Source of the DNA: Lobosporangium transversale
Lineage: Eukaryota
Direction of reading: 5' to 3'
Length of the DNA: 64,000 bases
NCBI RefSeq assembly: GCF_002105155.1
Contig: NW_019028995.1
Location: forward strand, 558,001 to 622,000
Below are positions 36,854-51,137 of this stretch, piece after piece. The translations under genes and the position numbers were made by a program. The stretch's first letter is position 1, and the number at the start of each line of letters is the position of its first letter. The notes beneath the pieces were generated by a model. The model was not told where the DNA came from, did not search any database, and saw only the letters and a program-made list of their open reading frames with translations.

Positions 36854-39800
36854 ATGAATGTCATCCATGAGCACACTGGTCGCCCCTCTGACCAAGGAGA
36901 ACCACAGCATCTTCCTGTGCCAACGGGTCAGAACACACGACGGAGAAAGAGCGACCAGAACGTAACATGGCACAACTTGTTGCAGATTAATAGCAAGAAA
37001 TACTCGGCAAAGATGTGCGCGACTTGACAACAATGCATTCCTTGATTTAATCTAGGTGAATCCAATTGAAGCAACTGTCACCAAACTGCTAATGGCAACA
37101 AAGCAGTTGCTTGACGGACTGACACTGTGGGCAAATCGCAAAGCGTCAGAGGACCAGGTTTCCGACATATTTGTTCAGCTTGCGACACAATTTAACCTTG
37201 CCAGTCAATCTTTCCACGAAGTAGGCATTGATACAAGGTGGGTATTTTTAGCAGAGTCGAAAATCAGTCATCCCCTTATATTTACAGACTACCCACTTAT
37301 GCTTAATACCATTTTTTTTTTTCTACATTCGATAGCGAGCTAGCACATATTCCTGACAATTTGCGGAACTATCTGGAAACTGCTCTTGGAGAAGAACCGT
37401 CCCCTACATCATTAGACAAGTACTTACCAAAAATTAAGGAGGTCATCATCAATCTGCTCCAAGGCCTTCGCCTTAAACAAAACCTCTATCGAGAACAATA
37501 TGAAGCTAGGGCAATTCGACTACAAACTCCGCCGCCACAACAGCCGCCACCTCCACCTCCGCCTGGAGCCACAACAACAGCTGCTGCATCGACATCAAAC
37601 GCTCACAGGACAAGAATCAGCGTCACTCAACCCAAGCAGCAGCCTCAGATTGGGATGGGAAGACCTATAGAACCGCCTTCAACATTGCAGCTAGAAGGAA
37701 AAGGCTCAGACTATCGTTATTTTTCAGCTTCCGATCAGAATCAACCCGTCTCCACTATTGCAGCTGCAGCTCCTTCACCTACTTTAACGCTCACTGTACC
37801 GCCTAGTTCTCAACAACGCATGAATGAACATTCACATGCGGAAACCTTGGCCTCGCTTCGCAAAAGCGATGCCATTACTCGACGTGCCTCTTCTAGACGC
37901 CAATCGCAGCGGTTTTCAAGATTGGTAGAAGAAAATACACCAGCGCCTCCTATGCCACGTCGACAGCATCCCGTATCGGACTCGAATATGATGGCCACAT
38001 ATCCCACTTACGCAAACTCTATGAACGTTCCTATGGCACCCTCTCCACTTGCAGACCCTCGCCTAGCTATACTACAGAGCCAAATGTCAATCTTACCAAC
38101 GCCTACAATTGATCAGTTCCCAGCAATCCCTGGATTCTTGAACCCAAATGTGGAGGCGAATATGAGTAACATGGGCCTTATGTCTCTGGCTCCTGAACCA
38201 TTAGGGCCATCATCTTCAGGGGAAACCAATCATCATCCTCACCCTGCAATGCCGTTCACACCAAGTGCGCCTGATGCTCCTAAATTATCTGACGTGCCTC
38301 ATACCCCAACAGAGCCCTTATCAACCATGGTTAGTCCTTCTGAAGAAATTACCATTCCAGAGCCTGTATTGTCAAAAGATTTGAAGCCAGCTCGTAAGTT
38401 ACTACAAATAATCGGTTTACATCCATACCTATAGGCATGAAGATGATAATGTACAGATTAATGATTTTTGATCATTATATTATATTCTCTAGCCATAGAA
38501 CCAGAAGAGACTGGCCTCACGCTCTTCCTTCAGGTTGGGAAGAGTGTCAAGAAGGCCAAACTCGAAGAAGAACTCACACATTCAGGACTGAGAATGCTTT
38601 TCATGGAAAAGTTTCAATACAATCCCGGACAGGATGATTTCCCCGCCATTTACGTTAAAGACCCTCAAACCAACATTCATTACGAGCTAGAGTCCTTAGC
38701 TGACGTAAAACAAAACGCATTCCTGTCATTAAACGTTGATGGTAAGTGATAAAAAAAAATGAAAAGATAAAATTAAAGCGTATTATACTTTGGAAAACAA
38801 ACTGTAGGCTGTACTAACATGAAAACTCTTTGAATTAGATCTGGAGAATATTCAGCGAAAAATGGACCAGGGCTTTGCAGCTCTTGCAAAGGAGCTACAT
38901 GACATCAAAAAAACACAAGAGGCCATGGAGCAGGCACGCCAAAAGGCAGCAGCAGCGGCCGCATCTGCTGCTGCTGCTGCCGCGATCAACAATACACTTG
39001 ATCGAAACCTGCCCCCAAGTGGATCTGATAATAATTCTCAGATGTTCCGCTCTTTAGTTAATAAAGCCATTACCAAGAATAAGGGCGACATGTCAACACC
39101 CAGCTCCGAGCAGTTAAATAAGATCAAGGCTGTGGATCTCAGGCCATACTACGATGAAATACAAACATTGCGAAGGGATCTTGGAGTTGTTCGACAACTC
39201 TATACAGAACTCCAGAACGAAACAAAATCCACACTTGGAAGCCTAGCAAGTTATACAAGCCAACTGCGTAAGCACGCGCAGGAGTCTCCAGTATCCTCGA
39301 GACAGTTTATTGAGTCTGGAAAAATCAAATTAGACAAAAAATCGGAAGATCTGACCAATAAGATCGAAGACCTTCAGGATGTTGTGGAAGACATGAAAAT
39401 CAACATCGTACAGAGACGTGGACGGCCGAGTGACAGCTCGATGGTGTTCGTAGATAAGCAGTGTGAGGAGATTGAAAAAGACATCGTGAAGCTCTCAGAC
39501 TATATACATACGTTAAGGCCTTCTTGGAAGAAAACATGGGAAGCCGAGCTGCAAACGATTGTAAAAGAGCAAATGTTTTTGAAGGAGCAAGAGGCATTGC
39601 TGGAGGATATCAAAGAAGATAGGATATCTTTACTCCAAACGCTAGATAATCTGAAGAAGGTTATGGCGCTTCAGGCTAGAAATAGCATTAGCGGTAATGG
39701 AAATGGGGGCATTGTGTTCCAACCTGCGCCTTTAGATGAAAACTTTGAAGGGCTAAAGACAGTTATGGAAGAAGTTAAATTAATTGAACCCGACTCGGAA

Positions 39801-40088
39801 AAGCGTCTGAAGGCAATGGCGCAGATGGAGAAGCTGAGACATATTGAGCTATCCAATAAGATTGATGAGTTTGAGCAGGAATTGACAACATTTGTTGGGG
39901 CCAGCAAGTTGAGAAAGACAGGTGGAGCAATGGAAATTGAGCGGCAGAGACAACAAAGGGACCATGAGAATTTGAAAGCAATGTTCAGCAAGGATAAAGC
40001 AGAAGGGGTTGATAATGCAGTGCCCGGGATCATTAAAGGTAGCACTGCTGTCGAGGCTATTGAGGAGAAAGTGGAAGATGACAGTTAA
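36854..40088 (+). CDS. BUD6: Actin-interacting protein Bud6/Aip3
   Basis: IEATVTKLLMATKQLL..LT.W; LFLQVGKSVKK; FPAIYVKDPQTNIHYELE; LRRDLGVVRQ; WKKTWEAELQTIVKEQ; KLRKTGG. Confidence 0.93.
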
Positions 40089-41539
40089 ACGATGCGTCTG
40101 CATTCTTTAATTAAAAATGTAAACGTCCTTGAAGTTTGTAGGATTTGGTATTTATTAAGAAATAGAAATAGGCGGTAATGGGATAATAGAAAAAGCTGTC
40201 ACCACTAAACCCTTTGTTATATACCTTCATTATTGTTATCATCTCTACTCCGTTCACCCCCTACCATGTCGATTCTAAGGACTACTTTCGGTTTGGTGGG
40301 TGGATGTATCTAGGCATCTAGAGCTAGCGTGCATGGGTTTGTGGTCGTTTGCTGCACATTCAAACAAACTAGTAGCTCCACTGGTCATTTGTTGCACTCC
40401 ACCGATCTGTCCGTTCTGCTACTGCTAGTCTGTAATAATGTACCGAATAAAGTCTCAATGGTTTGTATATCAGCTTTAGCCACAATAGACGCCAACACCC
40501 CCATATCGGAAAAAAAAAAAAAAAAAAAAAAAAATCTATATCAAATGTAGAAAAACCTAAACATGGCGCCAAAACGAGATACAAGTAATCTCCGACATTT
40601 TCTGGTCAAGTTGCCTTGAAATGGTCAACATCATGCAGCTATCATGAATAGAGAATATATTAGGGTCATAGAGTAATGTGTAGCAATCACAAGGACAAGA
40701 ACAACTGATGGCGTACAAGTTATGGGTATTCTCAAAGACTTTCTCGATCCCCTGTATCTCATCTGCCTTCTCTCCGACTCATTTCTATCTTATAACCTTG
40801 GCGTCATAAACCGATATCTCCTGCATAAGATACTAGAAATCAAGTCTTTCCTTTGGAGAGACAATGAAAGGCAATACAAGTCTGGAAGATATACGGTTAA
40901 TAACACAATCAAAATACGCCTGAAATGTAAAGCTTCTTGATATGAATAGTCTACTAGACATTGTATAGTTTTACAAATCGCAAAATTATTGGGGATTTCA
41001 AACTTGGCTATTGACACATCAGAAATGCGACTCCAGAAATGACGGATTTCGAGTATCCCTTGGCGGATTTCACAACCCAAAAGAAATAAATTGAGGGACC
41101 TACCCCTTCTTCAAGCTGGATGCGAAGATCCAGGGAGAGTGTTTAAAAAAATAATAATAATAAAATATCTTATTTCGAGCAAATAGACGGCGTATTTGAA
41201 AATACTTCTGACAGCCCTCGAGCTGGTGTATTTGATGTGGCAAATAAACTTTTCCAAATTTTATATGGTCACGAGCCACAAATTTTGTAGTGTTTTAAGG
41301 ATTTTTGGTAACGCAGTTTGAGCTAAAGTTATGCTGATGTCTAATCCAGAGAGCGGACGCGTATTAGAGTCCACGCAATTCCTTTGACACGCTCTGCTTT
41401 ATTTTTTTGCATGCAAACGCGGCAAAACCAAACTTTTAATTCATCTCTTTACGCACCTGTCCCTTTTCTTTATTCCTACTCTTTATACACAACCACATAA
41501 TAGACTAGTACATAGAAAGAGCAAAATTCACATTCAACC

Positions 41540-43018
41540 ATGAGTTCCATTGGCACAGGGGTAATGGAGACATGTAAACAGAGTGCACAAAATTGCAAAA
41601 AAAAAAAAAAAAGGAAAACCCCCTGCATCATATCTAATGCAGTTTCAGTGAACATCTCTCTCTTTTTTTTTTTTTTTTTTTTTTTTTTTATTTTTTTTCT
41701 ATCTATCTATCCTACAGTACGATGTATCTGTTTCAACATATTCGCCGGATGGCCGAGTCTTTCAAGTCGAATATGCTGGCAAAGCTGTCGAGAACAGCGG
41801 GTAGGCTTTTTTTTCTTTTTCTCTACTTCTTCAACAACCGCTCACGGTATCAACTCACGAACCTGTCTCACTAAATATATCTTTTTTAACACCATAAGAA
41901 CTGCAATCGGTATCCGTGTCAAAGATGGTGTTGTTTTGGCAGTGGAGAAACTGATTCAATCCAAACTCCTTGTTCCTGGCGCCAATCGTCGTATCCAGAA
42001 CGTGGATCGTCACATCGGAATTGTAAGTTTCTTTTTATTATTAATGTTATTACCGTTAAGCGAGTATATAAAATGGTCTTATCGAGCGAAAAAAGAAGGT
42101 TTTTTTTACACATAGCGAATTATTGATTAAGATTGAAAATATTCCTTTTTCTTTGTCGCAATTAATGAATAGGCCACTGCTGGTCTCTTGGCAGATGGAC
42201 GTCATATTGTCAAGCGTGCTCGTGAGGAAGCACAAGCATGGAGAGACATCTACAAACGTCCCATTAACGGGCCCGTAAGCGCTAATGGAGTTTTTTTTTC
42301 CTGGAATAAGATGTTACATTTTCAAAATAAATTAGTAGTTCTGATTATATATATATATATATATATAGGACATTGCAATGCGTGTAGGCGATTACGTTGC
42401 CGCATATACCTTGTACTCAAGCGTGCGCCCCTTTGGAAGCAGCACAATCATTGCAACAATGGATAATACTGGACCAAAGCTTTACATGGTGGAACCTTCA
42501 GGTCTTTACTGGGTACGTTCCTTTTATTATAATTATTCAGATTGCATTATTGTATTCATCTGTTGGCCTCATCTTCACTTTCTAACTCCTTCTTTTTTTC
42601 GCTGTTGTTGTTTATGCTTATGAAATTGAATTGTAGGGTTATCACGGAACAGCTATTGGAAAGGGTCGCCAGGTTGCCAAGACCGAAATTGAGAAGCTGA
42701 ATCTTGAAGAAATGACTTGTCGTGAGGCTGTGAAGCATGCTGCACGTATCATTTATAATGTGCATGGTGACGCAAAAGACAAGGTGTTTGAGCTTGAGCT
42801 GAGCTGGGTTTGCGAAGAATCTAAAGGTCTGCACCAATTTGTGCCTAAAGAGATTGCGGATGAGGCTGAGCAGTTGGCAAAGGTACTTTATGATTTTATC
42901 CGCTTTTCTTTTATGGCAAACATCCTAGATGTCTACTTTACTCATTTTACGCTTTTTTCTTGACTTCCTCGTGATATAGGCCGCCCTAGACGATGACGAC
43001 GACATGGATGAAGATTAA
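41540..43018 (+). CDS. PRE10: 20S proteasome subunit alpha-7
   Basis: [56 protein letters not shown] and an acidic C-terminus. Confidence 0.96.
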
Positions 43019-43291
43019 ACAGACCGTGCTTTGTGGGGAAACACCGAAAAGAAAAAGAAAAAGAAAAAAAAACCCCTGAAAGTGCATGGATAGCATGAGA
43101 AAGAACAGTTTCGTTGTATCCAGATGGCTAATAAATTTTAAAAGTATCATTTTCATAACACATATACGTTTTTAAAAGATATTTTGTACGCCCCTCAATT
43201 CGATATAAATGATTGTGGCGTCAAAAATGGATAGAAAATTAATTACTGTGAGTTAATTGAGACTTCCTTTTTCTCTCAATAATTCAGCAAA

Positions 43292-44202
43292 ATGGCAAGT
43301 AATTACTTCAGATGTAAATCCGCCTTGTCTATCGCCTGCATCCATCCAGTCAACCAAACAATCATCCATCCAACCATTTGTTCACGATATTAGTATTGGA
43401 CTATTAATGAAATCGGCATCTCATACTATTCACTTTTATATTCTTTTTTCAGCATTGATCGTTTTTAAAGATTTGGAATGTGGCTGGCTGGGTGATCAGA
43501 TTCATTATTAAAAAAAGGGCATTGACTATAAGCTCAACAGGAAGGATCTTTAAAGCACTCTTTGTCGCCACGACTCGTATTTATATTACAGACGCATTTA
43601 TTAACCAGGAATAATACATCACTTGATAAAATAGTCCAAGAAGGCCAAATCTGCCCCAAAGGTTCAGGAGAACATCTCGCTCGGTCCCCAGGTCCGTGGT
43701 GACGAGGAAGTTTTTGGTGTTGCTCATATCTTCGCCTCGTTCAACGATACCTTTGTCCATATCACAGATTTGACTGGTCGTGAAACTATTTCCCGTGTGA
43801 CTGGAGGGATGAAGGTCAAGGCTGACCGTGATGAGGCCTCACCTTATGCTGCCATGTTAGCTGCTCAGGATGTTGCTGCCAAGTGCAAGGAAGTCGGAGT
43901 CACTGCTCTCCACATCAAGCTCCGTGCCACCGGTGGTAACCGCTCCAAGACACCTGGTCCTGGTGCCCAAGCTGCTCTTCGTGCTCTCGCTCGTGCTGGC
44001 ATGAAGATTGGTCGTATCGGTAAGCAATATAAATAAAATCTACATGTCGGACGTCCATTTGTTTGTTTTTGAGTCCTCTTTTTAGTACTCAAAAATAACT
44101 TATGCACCTCCTTCCTCTATAAATTCTCAACCAATTTATAGAGGATGTCACCCCTACTCCCACCGATTCCACTCGCAAGAAGGGTGGTCGTCGTGGTCGT
44201 CG

Positions 44203-44209
<7 letters not shown>
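43292..44209 (+). CDS. RPS14: 40S ribosomal protein S14 (uS11)
   Basis: [25 protein letters not shown]...[11 protein letters not shown]...[11 protein letters not shown]. The start ATG is placed on its own exon before an inferred GC-AG intron at 43295-43634. Confidence 0.95.
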
Positions 44210-44234
<25 letters not shown>

Positions 44235-44623
44235 GGTCAAAAGGAAAAGATCTCTTTTTCTCTTTTTTTTTTACATTCTGGTCGGGAGAAAAAAAATGTT
44301 TTGGCAACGAGAGTCTTGTGGCCTTTCCTCCTTCGCTCCTAGCTTTTGCCCGAATTTATATAATTTTTTTTGTCAGGAGTTGATTCAAGAGAATTGGATT
44401 TTGTTCAAGGAACTTGCAAGCTGTAGGAGTCTTCTTATATTCAAGGTCTTTAAATTAAATCGTCAGCCAAAACACATGAGACAGATACCCCTCTTTACAC
44501 TATACAAAACTTCCATGTTTAAAAATGTACTATGATTTTATTTTATTTTTCTCTTTGTGCTGTTGATACTGCGTTCATTTTCAGAAAAGAGGGAGAAAAG
44601 AAAAAGTGAAACAGCAAGATAGT

Positions 44624-45251
44624 CTATTCAGTGATGGTTAGAGACAAAAAGTTCATGGATTCTATTTCATCATTGTGCTTGTCCAGACTTGAAGTCGTCA
44701 ACGCTCTCTTTAATTTGATAATCGTGTCTGCTTCTGATGAAGCGATCGTGTCATCATCCATCAAGAATTGAACCTGATCTTCTGCATCATGTGGGAAGGG
44801 GCAAAATGGATCGGGCGTACTGCTCCCTCCTTTATAATATGGCCTTTGCATTTGAAGCTTGTCTCCAGTCCCTGGACTGAGATTAACTGAAGATAGTGCC
44901 GCCGCATCTTCAAAAGCTCCATGAGGTATATCTATGATAATAAGTGGAAAGAAATGATGATAATTAGACTCGACACGGTTCATGATACGGAAGGGAGGGG
45001 AAAAAATGTATGAAGTAAAGGAGTATACCAGAAGATGAGGTGCCAAAGTTGAGATAAAAATCTTCCTTCTTTTGCAACCCCAAGTCAGAGGACGGAAGTT
45101 TACTGGAGAGGATAGCATCAACAGTATCTTCCTGTCTGCTCTCTCGTCGCTGCCTCTCGTTTGTTGTCAGTAAATCATTTAAAGATGAGGGCAAAAACCC
45201 CTGGTCCATGTTCATATCGTCTTCAGAATCAGAGTAATCAGTCTCGGCTGC

Positions 45252-45297
<46 letters not shown>

Positions 45298-47054
45298 TGT
45301 AATACTCCTGCATAACTGCCGCGTCGCCGCATGGCTTCTCCGCCAGCAACGCTTTCTCCGTTACTACTGATGTAAAGGTCATGTAACTCTGGGATCGAAT
45401 GTAATCTTAAAGGCGACGGTGACGAGGATACACTTGACATATCCGTTGACTCACACGAAACTGACAAGAATAGAGCCTTGTTACCAGGTTGATAAAATGG
45501 AGATGTTGGTAATGCTGCAGATGTTGCAACTGCGTTCCCAGTATCATTTAATAAAGGTGTTAACCGGAATATGTTCGGTAATGATCGCTGGCGGATAGGC
45601 AAAGGTGCTGCTAGATGCTGTCGAACGCGACTTTCGAAAGGATTTAGGGGGTTTGCGCCTGAGGTGCGGTCGCTACTGTGATCTTGACAAGAAAACTCGT
45701 CTTCGGAGAATGGAGAGCCGCTGTTCCCAAGCATATCCTGAGGTGTATTCATGTAAAATGTGCCTCTTAGATTTTCCGATGTTGTAGGTTTCGAAAACCC
45801 TATCCCCCCTCCTCCTCCCTGCTGGCTAGAAGATCGTCCCAAAGTAAATTCAACATTATTGCTATTTAGTTGTAAGACGTGCTGTTGTTGATATTGCAGT
45901 GGATGAAAATGGTGCTGTTGGTGAGGCAGCGTCCTGCGAGGCGGAGAAAGAAGTTCAGGTGGTGATGACCATACATTATTGTTGAGAATAGCACCACTAG
46001 ATGCTCTCCTCTCAAGTCGTGATCGGTTTCCCAAGTTATAAGTTACATTGGCAGTACTATTGCTGTTTGTTCCACCCGGAAAGAGTGCAGATGACTTACG
46101 ATCCAGCGCCAAGAATGAATGTGACAGAGAGCATTTGGCCCCAAACTTGCAGTTGCCTTTCAGGAAGTATTTACAGACATAATTCTCAGACATCGGATCC
46201 CTACTATGAGAAAACAAGCAATTCTTGCCTGCAGTGCATGCTCCACTTTTGAAGAATTTACATGGGATGTGCTGTAGATTTGATGCTATAATAGATGGAC
46301 GAAAAGCATCAACAACATGGTCCGTGCTCATATTCGTGGTAAACAAAAGCCAAAGTGGCAAGGCCACAGGTGCATACCTTTAGAAGATTGTGATAATGCG
46401 GTTGTTTGCCTGGAAAAGGGTAGGACTGGGGCACGGGCATCCATAGGCCATTGTAGGGGTCGTTTGATAGTGTTGTTCATCCCATAGTTGTTGTGGGGGC
46501 TGAGCGAGCGGACCATCGCTCCTGAAGGGGTGATTGGAGGAGAGGCAATTCGGAACAAATCCATCCGTGAAGTGGGAGGGCCTCTGTTGAAGTCGTTCCA
46601 GCGATTATTGTCAAACCCTCCTGTTAAATCCTCCTGGTTTAAGTTATGGAAATACTGTCCATGCGCACCGATAGGCAAGTCTAACAAAGACGACGGTATG
46701 GATGGGCTCATTATTCCTTGTCCATCCTCAAGACCCTGAAATTGTGCATGCTGGTTCTGATTCTGTTGATGCTGTTGCTGCTGCTGTTGTATAAAATTTA
46801 TCTGATTATGCATATTATGAGGCTCAAGTTGGATTTGCTGTTGCTGATGCGGAGGGTAGACAGAGCCGAATGGCTGGCTCATTGCAGTTTGGCTGACAGT
46901 CGATTGACCAGGATAATTACTAGTAAAAGGTCAAGTTATTCAAGAACTTTTTTTAGCAACGCCATCGTCGTGTAAAAATCCCACAAATGAATAAATTATT
47001 GTGCTCTTCTCGAACATATTACAAACTCCTCTCCATCTTTTCTTACTCTTTCTT

Positions 47055-47085
<31 letters not shown>

Positions 47086-47926
47086 GCCTTCTAGAACAAT
47101 TGTTAGAGCTTTTTGTCCTCCTCAGGGGTGATAAATACCAAAAGGCAACACGATACATGGATGGAATAACAGGAGTCATGGAAAAAGGGGTGATTGGTGA
47201 AGAAATAGTATGACACTTTTTGTGAACGACAAAATAAGAAGCAAGGGCGCCAACAGTCAACTCAACATTGACATAAAATACCCATGGAACCCGGCCCAGG
47301 GTTCTGTTGAAAGACTCTGGGCTGAGCTTCCACACCATAACCGCTTACTTTGAGTCCTAATGTGGATAACTCGTTGCAAAGATACAGAGTGCAGAATGAT
47401 GGACTGCTCTTTCTAAACGTCGCACCACACTCACTGTGACCGTACTCATTTTGAATAAACCTCCGCCCCCTTTCGCCCAGTTGCAGGTCCTGCGACGCAT
47501 ACATGAGCTAATGGCTTTTTTTTTACCCACATGCTCTTGTCATTTTGTCTACCAGGTTACTTTATCTATCTAAATGACTCTTCTTTACCTCGGCAATGGC
47601 GGAAAATCACCAACAGCCCACGGGGACTCTGACTTCTCTTGAGGTATAACAGAACATTGCTGCTGTAATTGCAAATGCGCTTGAAGCTGTTGCTCCTGCA
47701 AATGCATTTGAAATGAGTTTTGGGAGGACTTATTCAAAGACTGAAACTGTATATCCAAAGTTTGTTGCTGTTGCTGTCGCTGGTGTTGATGTTGTTGCTG
47801 GCACTGGATTTGTTGAAATTGATGTTGCTGTTCAGATGTGTGGTTGATGTGGTTGGTATGAAGGTCTGTTTGAGACTGGCGAAGCACTGCTGAGGCGCCA
47901 TTGGCTGGCTGTTGGAGTGCCAGCAT
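44624..47926 (-). CDS. Tandem CCCH zinc-finger protein (Cps3/Lee1-like)
   Basis: HIPCKFFKSGACTAGKNCLFSH and VCKYFLKGNCKFGAKCSLSH, plus a PSSLNDLLT motif. Exon 1 joins in frame across a 669-nt intron (46920-47588). Confidence 0.85.
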
Positions 47927-48281
47927 GGCTCTTTTTTTTTTTTTTTTTTTTTTTTGATTGGAAGGATAAGAAACAGTAAGAATAGGAAGAGTTGTCGATA
48001 TTATAAGGATATATGCAGATAAAATAAAGTCTATACTGTTTATTGTAATGATGAAAGTTACTTGCTGGTTATTGAGTATTAGTTATTCTGATGATGGACC
48101 TAGGGCAATGGTGGAGTAAAGCTTAATCAATGAGAACAACAAAAGATGAGACTAACCAACAGGGAAATAGAAAGTCAAAGTCAAAGAAGAAAAAGTAGAA
48201 TAAACGAAAGAAATAGAAAAGGAAAGAGAGAGGATGAGAGGTAGAAAGAGGAGAAGAAAGGGAGAAAAGGGAAAAGGAGCA

Positions 48282-48316
<35 letters not shown>

Positions 48317-49211
48317 GGAATTGGCTCAAGGTCAAAGTAAGCGCGATATTAAACTCTTTTTAAAGACGGAGGTGGTTTTTTGTCCCTTGGAAAAGCAATG
48401 CTGATATTGACATTGGGCAGGTCGCCAGTTTTTGATAGAAGCAGAAATTTGGAAGCGAGAAAGTAGAAAGCGAATGGGAGAGGACTGAACATTACATTTC
48501 AGGCATTTTTGGAAAAGAGGGGGGAAGAGAAGATTGAAAGAGTTTCCATGCAACTGCTCATTCTTACTATCTATTCTTCCATATATAAACGTTTCTTCTC
48601 GCCTTGATACAGGATCCATGTTTCTATTTGAGTCCTAAACTCCTATCCTTCTTCATTTGTTATCCTGGCCTGCAAGGACGCTCTGAAATATGGTTTTTAT
48701 ATTAGCTGTAGCCACAAGCCTGATCGAAGAAGTGTTTGTGAGACAACATTTGTGGATAATATCTGGATGAATGATGCATTAATGTCAATGCTTATGCTGA
48801 ATGTATTTTTGTGGCCAAGGGAGAGGGGAAGGAAAGGGGGTCAAAGAAGAGGATACGCGACGTGGGACGCTGTTGTATGAGCATGAATTTATTTGGCCTC
48901 GTTATTCCCCAAAATAAATCAAAACTAAAATGATCACTTAGACCTCTCGCGAGGCATATTCGAGACGAGTCCTGACGATAGCTGTCAACTATCACAGAGG
49001 ATAAAGAGCCAATAAGAACTAAATAGAACCAAACGGGGGTGGTGTTCCCAATGGATTCATTGTTGGCCAGATCAAAACAAGGGTGTTGTTCGGAAAGAAG
49101 TGGCAATTGAAGTTTATCTAAATCCCCCTTTTTGAAAATACGGCCAATGGCCATCGTTAAATATTATCAACGAACCATCCATCAAGAACGCCTTTGGATA
49201 GGATATAATTA

Positions 49212-50690
49212 TTAGGATTGATTTTGGTCCTGAGCTATAAGACTTGGCTTCTTTGTCCCTGCTAATCCATGTTCTTCAGAACTATCACCGCCATACATTT
49301 GTGTTGCTCCTCGAGTTACAAGCAATGGTGCAGTCTCCGGACTATGAAAGGAACTAACACCTCGTTTTTTAGCTCTGATGAAAAAGACAAGACACAAAAC
49401 TAGAAGCATGGATTGGAAAAACGAAGCAATCGCATAAGGAAGCCAAGTTGACCAATTTGCACCAGGACTTAATGCCAGAGAGACAGTCAACAGGATGGAG
49501 CCAGGTGTCTGCATCAACAACATGGGAATACTGAGAGCGCCAACTGACTATTTTTTTTTTTTTTTTTTTTTTTTGAACCACAGCGTATAATAAATATAGT
49601 TAGCTGAAAAAGTCATGGTTTGCATGCCGTCTAAGATGTATAGTTTTCCAGGGGTTATAGAGCGCATACCTTCCGGAGATATGTCTCGATGATCTGGGGT
49701 AAATACTGGATCATGGTCAGCAAAGCGCTCATGACACCCAAGAACCCTACCCACAATAACGTCCAAGCACTGTGATGTTCCTGGTCGTGATCTACAGCTG
49801 CCAGGATGATGATAGTAAAGAATGTGGATACAGCAATGTTTCCGAAAATAATCTTTGAGAAGAGTATCGAAACTGTCCAAGCAAGAGAACGTGAAGGTAG
49901 ACAAAACAGACGCATCTTATGGACAAAGGCGTTGACTTTCTTATAGGGTGGGAAATAGATCATGTATAGGATAAATCTATCTGGTCATTAAGGAATATCT
50001 GAATGTCAAAGACAAAATAGTTATCAAAGTCATATTAATAATGATAATAATAGTAATAAAAAAGAATGATCCTCTTACATGAGTGTGAACAATACAAACT
50101 GAACAAAGAGCTGTGCCACTCCTAGTGTATTCTCTAAGCAAAGACTTGTGCTCTAATATACAGGATGACGAAGGAGAGGTGGTTCTATTCAGCAGTTGCT
50201 AGGCGGCCATGTGCCCTCTACTATTGATTCATTTTTGACAGCAGATGTTTTTACAACAACTTTGCAGCACCGAATCCTACGCCATTGCAGAATGAGGATA
50301 TTGAAGAAAGACCAACATGTTGATAGACAGCCGAGGAGCAGGAACCATGAACTGAAGCCATCGCTGCTGCCCTTGCGGATAATCCTGTGATGCTAAGATG
50401 TATTAATATATAAAGTACTGTTAATAAAGGTGGATGCAAGACACCGAAATTGCTCGTTTTTTATTATTATTATTATTATTGTCAGCGCTTGAGTTGTCGT
50501 GGGTTGGTGAAATTACCTGGGGCAGATAGGAGATTACTACTCCAATTAGGACAATGATTGAGAGGGATAATTGATGATTGTTCCGTCGGGCTTTACAGTG
50601 CTCTATTTGTGGCTGTATTTGGAGATTTGGTGAAGATGGTGGAGTTATTGCAAGTTCATATAGAGTGGTATTTATTGAATGGATCCACAT
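49212..50690 (-). CDS. PQ-loop repeat membrane transporter
   Basis: ISYLPQ-HHRIIRKGSSDGFS and QYLPQIIETYLRK-SVGALSIPMLLMQTPG; multiple TM helices. Confidence 0.9.
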
Positions 50691-51137
50691 TTCTGCTATT
50701 ACAGCCTGTAAAAAGTAGATGGTGGTAGATATCAAGGAGAATGAAGAAAAGAAAAGAATGAAATCAAAAGATGGGCAGCTTTCCCTTGACAACACTTTCA
50801 CCCCTATTTAACCTTGGTGAAACGGTCAGATGTGTCTTTAATGCCTATGCACATCTGACTTCCGAGCAGCCCCTGACCAATATTCAGTGGAAGCTGAAAC
50901 TCAATAAGACGTTCAGACTCATTGATCGGCCTGTCACACAGGGAAATTAGCAGTCAGCATCACAACAAAAAAAAAGTGCAATGGAGACTTGAAGCATTTT
51001 GACATTCTTTTGACATTGACATTTGTCTCTTTGTCTCCTATTCTGCCTCTTCCAACTCTACAGGAACCATACAGGCCATCTTTTCTACTACAGCCTCCTT
51101 TTTTATTCTATTTTATATAATTCTTTTATCGATAATA

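Noticed and set aside
40300..41400. Possible MITE or gene remnant between BUD6 and PRE10
   Set aside because: No terminal inverted repeats, TSD or recognisable protein motif found by eye.
46920..47588. TPP riboswitch or self-cleaving ribozyme in the long intron
   Set aside because: The TPP core motifs and hammerhead/HDV consensus could not be matched. Reported only as unexplained structure.
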